DNA from: Pseudomonadota bacterium
GTDB lineage: Bacteria; Pseudomonadota; Gammaproteobacteria; Burkholderiales; Burkholderiaceae_C
Length of the DNA: 41,003 nucleotides
Reading direction: 5' to 3'
NCBI GenBank assembly: GCA_018241905.1
Contig: JAFECZ010000001.1
Coordinates: forward strand, 1 to 41,003
In this document: one piece after another, positions 1 through 8,903 of the stretch
Position numbering within the stretch: position 1 is the first letter of the stretch
Layout of the letters: every line of letters begins with the position of its first letter
The notes under the pieces: model-generated
Told to the model about the DNA's origin: nothing
What the model saw: the letters and a program-made list of their open reading frames with translations, nothing else
Database searches by the model: none
Position numbers and translations under genes: made by a program

Positions 1-167
1 CCGCGCAGCGGAAATGTCAGGCCGCCCTCCGGCCCCTGGAAGCTCAGCACGAAGATGGTGATCATCGGGCCGTAGAGGAAGATCAGGAACAGGCCGAACA
101 CGGCGGCCAGGGGCCAGAAGCCGGCAGGCCGCGGGTCGCGCAGATGGTGCGATTGGAGGGAACTCAT
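1..167 (-). CDS. ABC transporter permease, PotC-like (partial; runs off the window edge)
   Basis: Manual translation from ATG at 167: MSSLQSHHLRDPRPAGFWPLAAVFGLFLIFLYGPMITIFVLSFQGPEGGLTFPLR. Typical N-terminus of a second permease; follows the other ABC genes. Confidence 0.8.
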   Translation of the reverse strand, partial: MSSLQSHHLRDPRPAGFWPLAAVFGLFLIFLYGPMITIFVLSFQGPEGGLTFPLR

Positions 168-210
168 TCGATCTTTCCAGGCAACCCGAAGTGAGCAAGC
201 AAGGGGGTGG

Positions 211-1122
211 TCATAGTTCCTTGCGGATATCGACCAGGCGCGTGAGTCCCCAGATGATCATCAGCACCACCGCGAGCAGGATCACCGCATTGGCCGCCGC
301 CAGCGGAAACTGCAGGTACGAGGTCTGCACCTGGATGATCTTGCCCACCGAGGCGATCTGCTGGCCGCCCATCACGCCGATGGTCACGAAGTCGCCCATG
401 ACGATGGTGATGACGAAGATGGAGCCGATCACGATGCCCGACTTGCACAGCGGCACGACCACGTTGCGCAGCGTTTGCCAGCCGCTGGCGCCGGCATCGC
501 TGGCGGCTTCGAGTAGCGAGCGGTCGATGCGCATCATGCTGTTGAAGATCGGCACAATCATGAACATGGTGTAGAGGTGCACGAAGGCCAGCACCACCGA
601 GAAGTCGGAGAACAGCAGCCACTCCACCGGCTGGTCGACCAGGCCGATGCCCATCAGGCCCTGGTTCACCAGCCCGTTGCGGCCCAGCAGCGGCACCCAC
701 GAGATCATGCGGATCACGTTGGAGGTCCAGAAGGGCACGGTGCACAGCACGAACAGCACCGTCTGCACCGTGGTCGAACGCACGTGAAAGGCCAGGAAGT
801 ACGCCACCGCAAAGCCAAGCACCAGCGTGATGGCCCACACCAGAAGGCAGAACTTGAGCGTGCTCAGGTAGGTCGACAGCGTGACGCACAGGTCGCCGTT
901 GTCGGTGAGATGCGAGCAGCCTTCGAAGATGCTCAGGTAGTTGCGCAGCGTGAGCGCGGGAATGAGTTCGTACTCGTTGAAGTTCCAGAGGCTGACCATG
1001 CCGATCAGCCCCAGCGGAACCAGGAAGAACAGGAAGAACACCAGCGCGAAGGGCGCGGCCTGCCACCAGGCCGCAATTCCTGCTGGCGCGTTCGTCGTCG
1101 ATGCCGCGCGAAGCTTCATCAC
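211..1122 (-). CDS. ABC transporter permease, PotB-like
   Basis: Multiple TM helices; EAA loop (SLLEAASDAGAS); PFWTSNVIR motif; ATGA overlap with the upstream SBP gene. Confidence 0.9.
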   Translation of the reverse strand: MMKLRAASTTNAPAGIAAWWQAAPFALVFFLFFLVPLGLIGMVSLWNFNEYELIPALTLRNYLSIFEGCSHLTDNGDLCVTLSTYLSTLKFCLLVWAITLVLGFAVAYFLAFHVRSTTVQTVLFVLCTVPFWTSNVIRMISWVPLLGRNGLVNQGLMGIGLVDQPVEWLLFSDFSVVLAFVHLYTMFMIVPIFNSMMRIDRSLLEAASDAGASGWQTLRNVVVPLCKSGIVIGSIFVITIVMGDFVTIGVMGGQQIASVGKIIQVQTSYLQFPLAAANAVILLAVVLMIIWGLTRLVDIRKEL

Positions 1123-2387
1123 GCGGCTACGAACTCATTCCACTTCCTGACCATGTACTCGTTCTCGTCCATGACCGCGTTCCAGCAGGCGATGCCGCCC
1201 ATTCGCTGTTCGTAGCTGCCGCCGTCGCGCACCGCGCCGGATTTGGCGATCACATCGCCTTGCGGGCTCTTGATGTCTTGCGCGGCGGGCTTGCCTTCCA
1301 TCCAGTAGGCCCACTCGTAGGCTTCCATCTTGGCCTTGGCGGTTTCCAGCACGGCGCTGTAGTAGCCCTGGCGGTTGAGGTACGCGCCGGCCCAGCCGTC
1401 GAGGAACCAGTTGATGAACTCGTAGGCGCCGTCGAGTTTCTTGCCCGAGAGCGTGGCCGGCAGCCCGAAGCCCGAGGCCCAGGCGCGATAGCCTTCCTTG
1501 AGCGGCTGGAACACGCAGTCGATGCCCTTGCCGCGCACGGCGGTCACGGCCGGGCTCCACATCGACTGGATCACCACTTCGCCCGAGGCCATGAGGTTCA
1601 CGCTTTCGTTGAAGTCCTTCCACAGCGCACGGAACTGGCCGGCCTTCTTGGCTTCGATCAGGGTCTTGATCGTCAGGTCGATCTCGGCCTTGGTCATGTT
1701 TCCCTTGTCGGCGTACTTGTGCAGCCCCTTGGCCTCCACCACCATGGCGGCGTCCATGATGCCGATGGACGGAATGTTCAAGATGGCCGACTTGCCCTTG
1801 AACTCGGGGTTGAGCAGCTCGGCCCACGAGCCGATGGGGCGCTTGATCAGGTCGGGCCGGATGCCCAGCGTGTCGGCGTTGTAGGTGGTGGGGATGAGCG
1901 TCATCCACTGCGTGGGCGCCTTGGCGAAGGCCTTGCTCTTCTCGCCTTCGAGAAAGATCACCTTCTTGGGCGCCGTGCCCTGGTCGCCCACGGCCTTGCC
2001 GGCCACCTCGCCCTTGGTGAAGAGCGTGGTGATCTTGTCGGCGTTCTTCACGCGTTTGGCATCGATGCCCTTGAGGTTGCCGGTGGGCACGATCTTCTTG
2101 AGCGAGAAGAACTCGGTGTCCAGCAGGTCGAAGCTGTTGGGCGCGGTGACGGCGCGCTTGGTCACGTCGTCGGTAGTGACGGCCACGTACTGGATCTCGA
2201 TGCCGGTGTCGGCCTTGAACTTCTCGGCAATGGCCTTGTCCTGGTTCACCGCCGTGCCCAGGTAGCGCAGCACGATCTTCTCCTGCGCGTGCACGAAGGG
2301 AGCGATGCCGGTGGCCAGGATGCCGGCCGTGCCCTGCAGCAGGCGACGGCGCTGGATGCCGGAGTTGTCGTGGGTGTGGTCGGACAT
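1119..2387 (-). CDS. ABC transporter substrate-binding protein (PotD/PotF-like), probable Tat signal
   Basis: N-terminus IQRRRLLQGTAGILATGIAPFVHA; SWAELLNPEFKGK and ASGEVVIQSMWS motifs of polyamine-type SBPs. Confidence 0.88.
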   Translation of the reverse strand: MSDHTHDNSGIQRRRLLQGTAGILATGIAPFVHAQEKIVLRYLGTAVNQDKAIAEKFKADTGIEIQYVAVTTDDVTKRAVTAPNSFDLLDTEFFSLKKIVPTGNLKGIDAKRVKNADKITTLFTKGEVAGKAVGDQGTAPKKVIFLEGEKSKAFAKAPTQWMTLIPTTYNADTLGIRPDLIKRPIGSWAELLNPEFKGKSAILNIPSIGIMDAAMVVEAKGLHKYADKGNMTKAEIDLTIKTLIEAKKAGQFRALWKDFNESVNLMASGEVVIQSMWSPAVTAVRGKGIDCVFQPLKEGYRAWASGFGLPATLSGKKLDGAYEFINWFLDGWAGAYLNRQGYYSAVLETAKAKMEAYEWAYWMEGKPAAQDIKSPQGDVIAKSGAVRDGGSYEQRMGGIACWNAVMDENEYMVRKWNEFVAA

Positions 2388-2429
2388 GGAAGAAGCCTCC
2401 TCGGGGTTGATGATTCGGGTCGTGTGGGG

Positions 2430-3542
2430 TCAGGCGGCCACGGGCGCCGGTTCGTCGCGGCGGGTCCTTGGCGGCTGCGGCTCGGCCTTCGGCTGTTGCG
2501 CTGCCTGGCGCTGGGCGCCGGTTCCCAGCGCGCGGGCATGGGACTCGTCCCAGGACAGCTGCACCGGCTGGCCCGGCTCGAAAGGGCGCGCCAGGTAATC
2601 GGCCTCGTGCAGCAGCACGGCCACCTGCTTCATGCCCGAAGCCTCGTCGGCCCCATCGTCCAGCCGCAGGCCCAGCAGCACATAGGTGCCTTGGTATTCG
2701 ACGTCGGTGATGCGTGCCGCAAGGCCGCTCGCGCCGGCATCCTGTGCCGGCGCGATGCGCATGTGGTCGTTGCGCACCGCCACCAGGCCGGCGCCGGACC
2801 GCAGCACGTTGTGGCCGCCCATGAAGCGGGCCACGAATTCGTTGGCGGGGAAGTTGTAGACCTGGTGCGGCGAGCCCACCTGTTCGATCAGCCCCTGGTT
2901 CATCACCACCATGGTGTCGGCCAAGGCCATGGCTTCTTCCTGCGAGTGCGTGACGTGGATGAAGGTCAGCCCCAGCTCTTTCTGCCAGCGGCGCAGCTCG
3001 GCGCGCATCTGCACGCGAAGAAAGGGGTCGAGCGCCGACAACGGCTCGTCCAGCAGCAGCACCTTGGGCTCGGTGATGAGCGCGCGGGCCAGTGCCACGC
3101 GCTGCTGCTGGCCGCCGGAGAGCGCGCCCGGCTTGCGCTGCGCCAGGTGCCCCATGGCCACGCGCTCGAGCAGCGCTGCCGCACGCCGATGCCGCTCGGC
3201 CTTGTGCACGCCCTTCATCTTCAGGCTGAAGGCCACGTTGTCCAGCGCCGAGAGATGCGGAAACAGGGCAAAGCTCTGGAACATCATGGCCGTGCCGCGC
3301 GCGGCGGCCGGCAGGCGGGTGATGTTGCGGTTGTGCAGCAGGATGTCGCCGTGCGTCACCGATTCGTGGCCGGCAATCATGCGCAGCGTGGTGCTCTTGC
3401 CGCAGCCGGAGGGGCCGAGCAGGCAGCAGTAGCTTCCGCTGGCAATGCGCAGGTTGATCTGGTCGACGGCCGGCGCCATGCCGAGCGCGTACTGCTTGGT
3501 CAGGGCAACGATCTCAACCGCGATGTCGGGGGCTGCATGCAT
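2430..3542 (-). CDS. ABC transporter ATP-binding protein (PotA-like)
   Basis: Walker A GPSGCGKST, signature LSGGQQQR, Walker B LLLDEP, H-loop VTH, C-terminal TOBE-like region. Start placed at MHAAPD (3542) because a sigma54 promoter lies just upstream. Confidence 0.92.
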   Translation of the reverse strand: MHAAPDIAVEIVALTKQYALGMAPAVDQINLRIASGSYCCLLGPSGCGKSTTLRMIAGHESVTHGDILLHNRNITRLPAAARGTAMMFQSFALFPHLSALDNVAFSLKMKGVHKAERHRRAAALLERVAMGHLAQRKPGALSGGQQQRVALARALITEPKVLLLDEPLSALDPFLRVQMRAELRRWQKELGLTFIHVTHSQEEAMALADTMVVMNQGLIEQVGSPHQVYNFPANEFVARFMGGHNVLRSGAGLVAVRNDHMRIAPAQDAGASGLAARITDVEYQGTYVLLGLRLDDGADEASGMKQVAVLLHEADYLARPFEPGQPVQLSWDESHARALGTGAQRQAAQQPKAEPQPPRTRRDEPAPVAA

Positions 3543-3553
3543 GGGCAGCACAC

Positions 3554-3569
3554 CGCAAGACATGTGCCA
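3554..3569 (-). promoter_or_regulatory. sigma54 -24/-12 promoter for the ABC operon
   Basis: Minus strand TGGCAC-ATGTC-TTGCG matches TGGCAC-N5-TTGCW except the last base. Confidence 0.75.
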
Positions 3570-3576
3570 CGGGCAT

Positions 3577-3593
3577 CGCACCGCCCTGGTGCG
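3577..3593. promoter_or_regulatory. NtrC-like palindromic binding site
   Basis: CGCACC-GCCCT-GGTGCG, a 17-bp dyad resembling TGCACCA-N3-TGGTGCA, just upstream of the sigma54 promoter. Confidence 0.45.
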
Positions 3594-3603
3594 CAGCCCG
3601 GCG

Positions 3604-4374
3604 TCAGCTTGCTGCCGAGGGGCTCTGCCAGGAGCGGTAGGTCCAGGCGGGCGTGAAGCCGGCGCGGAGATACAGCGCCAGGGCCGCCTGGTTGTCGGTC
3701 TCGACCTGTAGGAACACGCGCTCGAAGCCCCGTTGGAGCGCTGCCTGCGCCAGGCCGGCCAGCACCCGGCGGGCCAGGCCGCGCCCGCGTGCCGATTGCA
3801 CCGTGCGCATGCCGTGCACGCTGGCCCAGCCCTGGCTGAAGGAGATGGCGCCCGCAGCCAGAGTCGAGCCGCTTTCTCGCACGCTGGCGAACAGGTTGCT
3901 GCTGGCGCGGCTCAGGGCCTGGACACGACCGGCGCCATCCACCGGATCGAAGCCGGGGCCGAGAAAGACCTGGGCCCAGGCGGCGTCCGGCGCGGCATCG
4001 ACGTCGGCTGGCGCCCCCGCGCCAGGCACCAGCATGGCGCGGCTCGTGCCGGTCTGCGTCTGCGTGGGCTTGCCGGGCTGGTAGCCGCGCTGCGTCATGG
4101 CGGTGCGCAGCTCGTCGAAGCAGCGCAGGTCTGCCACGCGCAGCTGGGAGGGATGGCCGTGCGCGGCATAGCGCGCCTCGATGCGTTCCAGCAGGCGAGC
4201 CGGCGCGCCGCGGGGCGCTTCATGGCGCAGCGGCACGGCGCTGCGGGCGCGGCGGATGGTGCCGGGGTCCATGGGCAGCAGCCAGGCTTCGTCTTCGAGG
4301 GCTTCCACCCGCTGCGGCGCCACGGCGTCCAGCGTGGCGCGCTCGATGGCTTCGATGTCGGCAGCAGCCGTCAT
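3604..4374 (-). CDS. GNAT family N-acetyltransferase
   Basis: Acetyl-CoA motif A (ARGRGLARRVL), LQVETDNQAALALYLRAGF. Start MTAAADIE overlaps the upstream stop (ATGA). Confidence 0.88.
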   Translation of the reverse strand: MTAAADIEAIERATLDAVAPQRVEALEDEAWLLPMDPGTIRRARSAVPLRHEAPRGAPARLLERIEARYAAHGHPSQLRVADLRCFDELRTAMTQRGYQPGKPTQTQTGTSRAMLVPGAGAPADVDAAPDAAWAQVFLGPGFDPVDGAGRVQALSRASSNLFASVRESGSTLAAGAISFSQGWASVHGMRTVQSARGRGLARRVLAGLAQAALQRGFERVFLQVETDNQAALALYLRAGFTPAWTYRSWQSPSAAS

Positions 4375-5693
4375 GGCGCCGCCGGCGCGACGAAACGGGC
4401 GTTGGCCACGCCGCGCAACATGGCAGCGCGCTGGCCGGCCGAGACGTCGCGCACCTGCTCGGCCACCTTGCGCGCGGCGGGTTTGTCGATTTGGCCTTCG
4501 GCACGCCATTTCTGCAGCATGACGTCGGGGTTGCGCAGCAGCGTGGCCATCCAGATGGCCTGCGTGGGCTCCAGCGCGCGCGCGCTGCGCTTGAAGTAGC
4601 GGCGTGCCGCGGCTTCGGCGCCGCACACCTGCTCGCCCCAGGGCGCGATGTCGAGGTAGGCCTGCAGCAGGCGCTGCTTGCCTGGCGCACGTTCGAACTC
4701 CACCGCATAGAGCATGTCGCGCAGCTGCCGCGCTTCGGGGTGGGGCAGGGGCGGCAGCAGGCGCTGGGCCACCTGGAGGTTCAGCGTGGGCGGCGGCGGC
4801 GTCGGCACCACGATGCGGATGCTGCTCACGCGCTCGGGCTTGGCGTTGGTTGCGGCCGCGGGTGCGGCGCTGGGCGTGCTGGCGGCGCGGCCGACCGCCA
4901 GGCTGGCGGAGTCATAGCCGGGATGCTGGAAGAAGCCGGCATCCAGCGCGGCCACCGCGCCGCGGCTGAGCCAGGCGTCGCTGGCGAGCCTGGCCTGTGC
5001 GCCGCAGCTGCCGGCGCGCGATTCGAGCAGGCCGTCGGCCCCCAAGCCGTCCACCGTGAAGAGCACCAGGCGCGGCTGCAGGCTGAAGCCGCCGTCGGGC
5101 AATGCCATCTGCAGGCGCAACGAGGCCGTGCCGCCGATGCGCGCGCGCTTGAGCTCGGGCAGCTCGGGCACCAGCAGCTGGTACCACTGGCCGATGGGGG
5201 CATCGTCCACTTCGGCCGTCAGCTGCAGGTCTTTTTGCGTGAGGCGACCGCTCCAGCGGCCGCGCAGCTCGTTGCCGCTGGGAATGCCGTCCTGCATCGC
5301 GCGCAGGTTGCCGAACAGGGAATCTACGTCGCGGCGCACGGTGAATGTCAGGCGCCGCACCTGCAGCGGCTTGTCGCCCAGTTCGGGCACGGGCATGCTG
5401 CATTGCTCGCAATTGACCTCCAGCCCGGCGGCTTCGTTCCAGTCGAAGCGCAGGCTGCCGAAGCGGGTGTCGATCTTGTGGCCGGCCAGCTGGGGCGCAA
5501 ACCACGAGGCGGTGGCCAGGCGCAGCGCCGTGGGCACGCCCACGTCGAAGCCGATGGGCCCGTATTGAACACGCTGCGACCACTCGTCCTTGGCCGGCGC
5601 CAACGCCAGCTTGACGATCAGCGCGACGGCGACGGCGGCCGTCACGAACAGTGCCAGCAGCACGTACACCAGGTAACGCAAGGCTGTTTTCAA
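4371..5693 (-). CDS. Membrane-anchored protein with C-terminal degenerate GT51 (peptidoglycan transglycosylase-like) domain
   Basis: N-terminal TM helix; altered GT51 motifs (ALDAGFFQHPGYD, RQLRDMLYAVEFE, KQRLLQAYLDIAPWG, GAEAAARRYFKRSARAL, MATLLRNP). Probable TTG start at 5693 with GAGGGAG SD. Confidence 0.75.
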   Translation of the reverse strand: MKTALRYLVYVLLALFVTAAVAVALIVKLALAPAKDEWSQRVQYGPIGFDVGVPTALRLATASWFAPQLAGHKIDTRFGSLRFDWNEAAGLEVNCEQCSMPVPELGDKPLQVRRLTFTVRRDVDSLFGNLRAMQDGIPSGNELRGRWSGRLTQKDLQLTAEVDDAPIGQWYQLLVPELPELKRARIGGTASLRLQMALPDGGFSLQPRLVLFTVDGLGADGLLESRAGSCGAQARLASDAWLSRGAVAALDAGFFQHPGYDSASLAVGRAASTPSAAPAAATNAKPERVSSIRIVVPTPPPPTLNLQVAQRLLPPLPHPEARQLRDMLYAVEFERAPGKQRLLQAYLDIAPWGEQVCGAEAAARRYFKRSARALEPTQAIWMATLLRNPDVMLQKWRAEGQIDKPAARKVAEQVRDVSAGQRAAMLRGVANARFVAPAAP

Positions 5694-5890
5694 GATCTCT
5701 CCCTCGGGCTTTTTTAATAATGCCCGAGTGTGCGCGATTGCGATCGGCCCTGCGTTGTTCGCGCGCAGCAACCGGCACCAATTTGGCGCCGGCGGATTCA
5801 CGAATTAGTCAGAAAGGGTAATGCCGCACGGAAAGACCGGCGGCGGCCTGAGCGAACTGGCGCGCCGCGTCGGTCTTCGAGGCGAGAGGC

Positions 5891-7153
5891 TCAGCTGCCC
5901 AGGTGGTCGGGGTCTTCCTCGGCCTCGGCGCCTGCATTGCCGGTGCTCGGCGGCACGCCGTTGGCGGGCACGACCAGAACGTCGGCCAGGTTGGGGTCGA
6001 AGGCGCTCAGGGTCGGGTCCTTCGCGAGTTCTTCCAGGATGGCCGATGAGGCGTGGTAGCCGATCTTCTGGATGTAGCCGCCCGACTTGGTGCCGATGCC
6101 GCCGCGCAGCTCCAGCAGCACCGAGCCGGAACCCAGCAGGCCGTACGCATTGCGCGAGATGCCGGGCTCGTTGCCGCCAGGGTAGCGGCTCAGGTTGGCA
6201 TAGGGGTACTGCGCCAGCTTCTGGGCAATGATCACCACCACCCGCTTGGCCATGGTCTGGCCGGTGTTGAAGCGTGCCAGCGCATTCGGGTCCACCGCCT
6301 GCAGCCACTGCGCCGCCTGCAGCGCGGTGGGGTAGAGCGTGGAGGCGGTGACCATCTCGCCGTTGTGCACGCGGGTGCCCTGGTGGTGCATGTCCAGCGC
6401 CACCACCGGCTTGTACTTGTCGTTGATCCAGCGGATGTTCTTGGCCTCGGGCACCGGGTTGCCCTTGGTGAGGTCGTAGGTCGGTGCGGTGCTGTCGATG
6501 TCCTGCGTCTCGCAACTGGCCACGCCCGCCGCCGCCGTGATGTTGGGGTAGTTGGGATTGTCCAGCGGGCACTCGGGGCGGAACGCGTGGTAGCGGTTGA
6601 TGTCGTAGCCGCGGCCGCGCTGGTAGAAGGCCGGCAGCGGGTTGGCGGTGAAGCGCGGGTCGTAGTTCTGGCGCCAGGGCACGGTGTTGCCGCTGGCATC
6701 GGTGAGCGGCGTGCCGTCGGGCTTCTGCCCGTCGAAGCCGTCGACGTTCACGCGCGGCACCACGACCACGGTGAGCGAGTTGCGGATGATCTGCGATTCC
6801 TTGGAGTTGTTGGCCAGCGTGCGCACCAGGTTGGTGGCCGAGTCGCTGGTCTCCATCTCGTCGCCGTGCTGCTGGGCGATGATCATGGCTGCGGTGGGAC
6901 CGTTGCCGATCACCACGTAGGGCACCTGGCGCCCTGTGTTGCTTTTCCAGGGTGCGTAGTGCAGCGTGGCTGCGCCCTTGGAAGTTTGGACCGCGCTTTC
7001 CAGTGCCTTGATCAACTGGTCGTAACTGCGCAGCGAGGCAAGACTCTGGTTCTCGCCGTTCGGTCCGTTGGGGATGCTGGAAGGCTGGGCGCTGGCCAGG
7101 CTGGCAACAAATGCAGCAGCAGCGCCGATGGCCGCGATACGGAAACGGGGCAT
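5891..7153 (-). CDS. Secreted M14 family zinc carboxypeptidase
   Basis: Signal peptide (..VASLASA); HxxE (QHGDE), RVNVDG, DINR, LDMHHQG, catalytic Glu in LLELRG. AAGGAG SD before ATG 7153. Confidence 0.85.
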   Translation of the reverse strand: MPRFRIAAIGAAAAFVASLASAQPSSIPNGPNGENQSLASLRSYDQLIKALESAVQTSKGAATLHYAPWKSNTGRQVPYVVIGNGPTAAMIIAQQHGDEMETSDSATNLVRTLANNSKESQIIRNSLTVVVVPRVNVDGFDGQKPDGTPLTDASGNTVPWRQNYDPRFTANPLPAFYQRGRGYDINRYHAFRPECPLDNPNYPNITAAAGVASCETQDIDSTAPTYDLTKGNPVPEAKNIRWINDKYKPVVALDMHHQGTRVHNGEMVTASTLYPTALQAAQWLQAVDPNALARFNTGQTMAKRVVVIIAQKLAQYPYANLSRYPGGNEPGISRNAYGLLGSGSVLLELRGGIGTKSGGYIQKIGYHASSAILEELAKDPTLSAFDPNLADVLVVPANGVPPSTGNAGAEAEEDPDHLGS

Positions 7154-7371
7154 CGTTCTCTTCTCCTTCATTCTTTTTCACCCGGCGTCATTACCGGGCA
7201 GGCGCATGCTAGGTCGCTTGCCGCGAGGGGCAAGCAAAGGCCCGGACCAAGGAATGGTCGAATCTCACATTTGGATGAAAGCACCCGACGTGGTACTGGC
7301 GCGCACGCGTTGCGCGCGCCTGCCACGGCATTCCTTCGACATGCGCAACATGAAGTTTCAAGCGTGTGCTT

Positions 7372-7956
7372 TCACTGCAGCGGCTGTGCCACCGTCACGG
7401 CCTGCCAGGGGCCGCTGGTGTGGCCGACCAGCGCGGCCCAGTACCAGGCAGAACTGTCGGTGAACGCGCCGCCCTTCGCATCGACGATGCGCTCGCACAC
7501 CTTGAACTGCGCTTGCTCGCTGCCGTGTTCGGCCACGAAGCAGCGCCACATCCTTTGCTGCTCGTCGCGCACCAGCCGCGCCTGCTCGATGCGGTAGCCC
7601 AGCGCGCGATAGCAGTCGGCGGCCGGGTGCAGCATGCGCGTGGGCGCATCGACTCGGCGCAGCACCAGCGTCTGGCGGCCGTCTGTCATGCGCGCGATGG
7701 TTCCGGGAAATTGCCGGGCAAAGCGCTGCTCCACCGGGCTGAGTGCCAGAGGTCGAAGCGGCGCGCCTTCCCATTGCGTTGGCGATTCCTCGAAGTTCGC
7801 GGCCTGCTCGCGAGTTGCATCGGGCGATGCAAGAAGGGCCGCCGCAGACGACCACACGATGCACGCGAGCATGACGACGCCGAAGGCCGTCTTGTGGCCG
7901 ATGCGGTTGATGAAGCGGTTGGAGAAGAACTGGTGGAATGTGTTGGACGGGTTCAT
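7372..7956 (-). CDS. Exosortase-associated EpsI-like periplasmic protein with N-terminal membrane anchor
   Basis: Real gene is the last 194 aa of the 1214-aa track ORF (start MNPSNTF, AGGAG SD). One TM segment; RMLHPAADCYRALGY resembles the H-x-P-x-x-C motif of EpsI-type domains; directly after the exosortase. Confidence 0.65.
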   Translation of the reverse strand: MNPSNTFHQFFSNRFINRIGHKTAFGVVMLACIVWSSAAALLASPDATREQAANFEESPTQWEGAPLRPLALSPVEQRFARQFPGTIARMTDGRQTLVLRRVDAPTRMLHPAADCYRALGYRIEQARLVRDEQQRMWRCFVAEHGSEQAQFKVCERIVDAKGGAFTDSSAWYWAALVGHTSGPWQAVTVAQPLQ

Positions 7957-7973
7957 GTCGTGCGCTCCTGCTC

Positions 7974-8873
7974 TCATGCCATTGCGGTCTTGCTGGCCGC
8001 AGCCGAAGACGCCTTGCGGCCACGCCGCAGCGGGGCCATGAGCCATGCGATTTCGGCGCAGGCCGCGGCCAGCACGGCCAGGCCCACGATCTGGTGCCAC
8101 GCATCGCCCAGGGGCTGCCCTGCACCTTCGAAAGCCACCAGCACGCTGTTGCGCAGCACGTTGGCGCCCAGCACCACCAGGCCCACCCACGGCAGCCTCG
8201 CCAGAAAGCCGCGATTGCCGCGGCCCACCCACAGCGCCACCGCGCACGCAACGAAGTAGCCGCACCAGGCCATCTGCACGCCGGAGCAGGGCGCGTCGAC
8301 GATCACCAGGCGGCCATCGACGATGAGGCTGGCCGCTTCGCGCTGCACGTCGAAGAAGGGCATCAACAGCCAGCGGCTGGCTTCGGCGGTGACAACGCGC
8401 AAGGGAAAGCCGGCATAGAACTGCAGCGAGGAAAGGATGGGCAGGGCGAGCACTGCCAAGCCCAGCACCGGTGCGGCGGCCACGCGCCGCGGCATGACGG
8501 CCATGAGGCCGGCAGCCAGCGCCAGAAGTGCCGTCAGCGCCGCGAGCAAGGGCGGCAGCGCGGGCAGCGGCCCGACGCCGGTGCGCATGACGGTGGCAGC
8601 CAAGGTGCCGGCGCTGGCCCATGCGAGCCAGCCCAGGCGTGGCGCGCATCGCAGTTCGGCGCGCAAGCGCCAGACCAGGACGGCCAGCGTGCCCAGCGCG
8701 AGCACGCCCAGCGGATCGTCCGAACCGTCGACCATGCGACGGGCCATCCACCACCAGGTCGATGTCAATGCGGCGGCTTGCAGGGCGAGCCAGCCGATGG
8801 CGGGTGCGCGGTCGATGCGGATGAGTTCGTCGAACAGGCGAGGGTGGCGCTGGGCCAGGGTGGTCAGTGTCAT
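7974..8873 (-). CDS. xrtQ: Exosortase (probably the exosortase Q subfamily)
   Basis: Highly hydrophobic multi-TM protein with the exosortase/archaeosortase Cys-Arg-His triad: VDAPCSG, ANVLRN, WHQIVG. Adjacent to a PEP-tailed target. Subfamily letter is from recall, not searched. Confidence 0.8.
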   Translation of the reverse strand: MTLTTLAQRHPRLFDELIRIDRAPAIGWLALQAAALTSTWWWMARRMVDGSDDPLGVLALGTLAVLVWRLRAELRCAPRLGWLAWASAGTLAATVMRTGVGPLPALPPLLAALTALLALAAGLMAVMPRRVAAAPVLGLAVLALPILSSLQFYAGFPLRVVTAEASRWLLMPFFDVQREAASLIVDGRLVIVDAPCSGVQMAWCGYFVACAVALWVGRGNRGFLARLPWVGLVVLGANVLRNSVLVAFEGAGQPLGDAWHQIVGLAVLAAACAEIAWLMAPLRRGRKASSAAASKTAMA

Positions 8874-8903
8874 GGCGTTCTTCTTCTTTCGATGTGTGGC
8901 GCT

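Noticed and set aside
1101-3656. 851-aa plus-strand ORF and other long antisense ORFs (e.g. 11174-13591, 30947-33343)
   Set aside because: Antisense shadows of well-supported genes, expected from GC3 bias.
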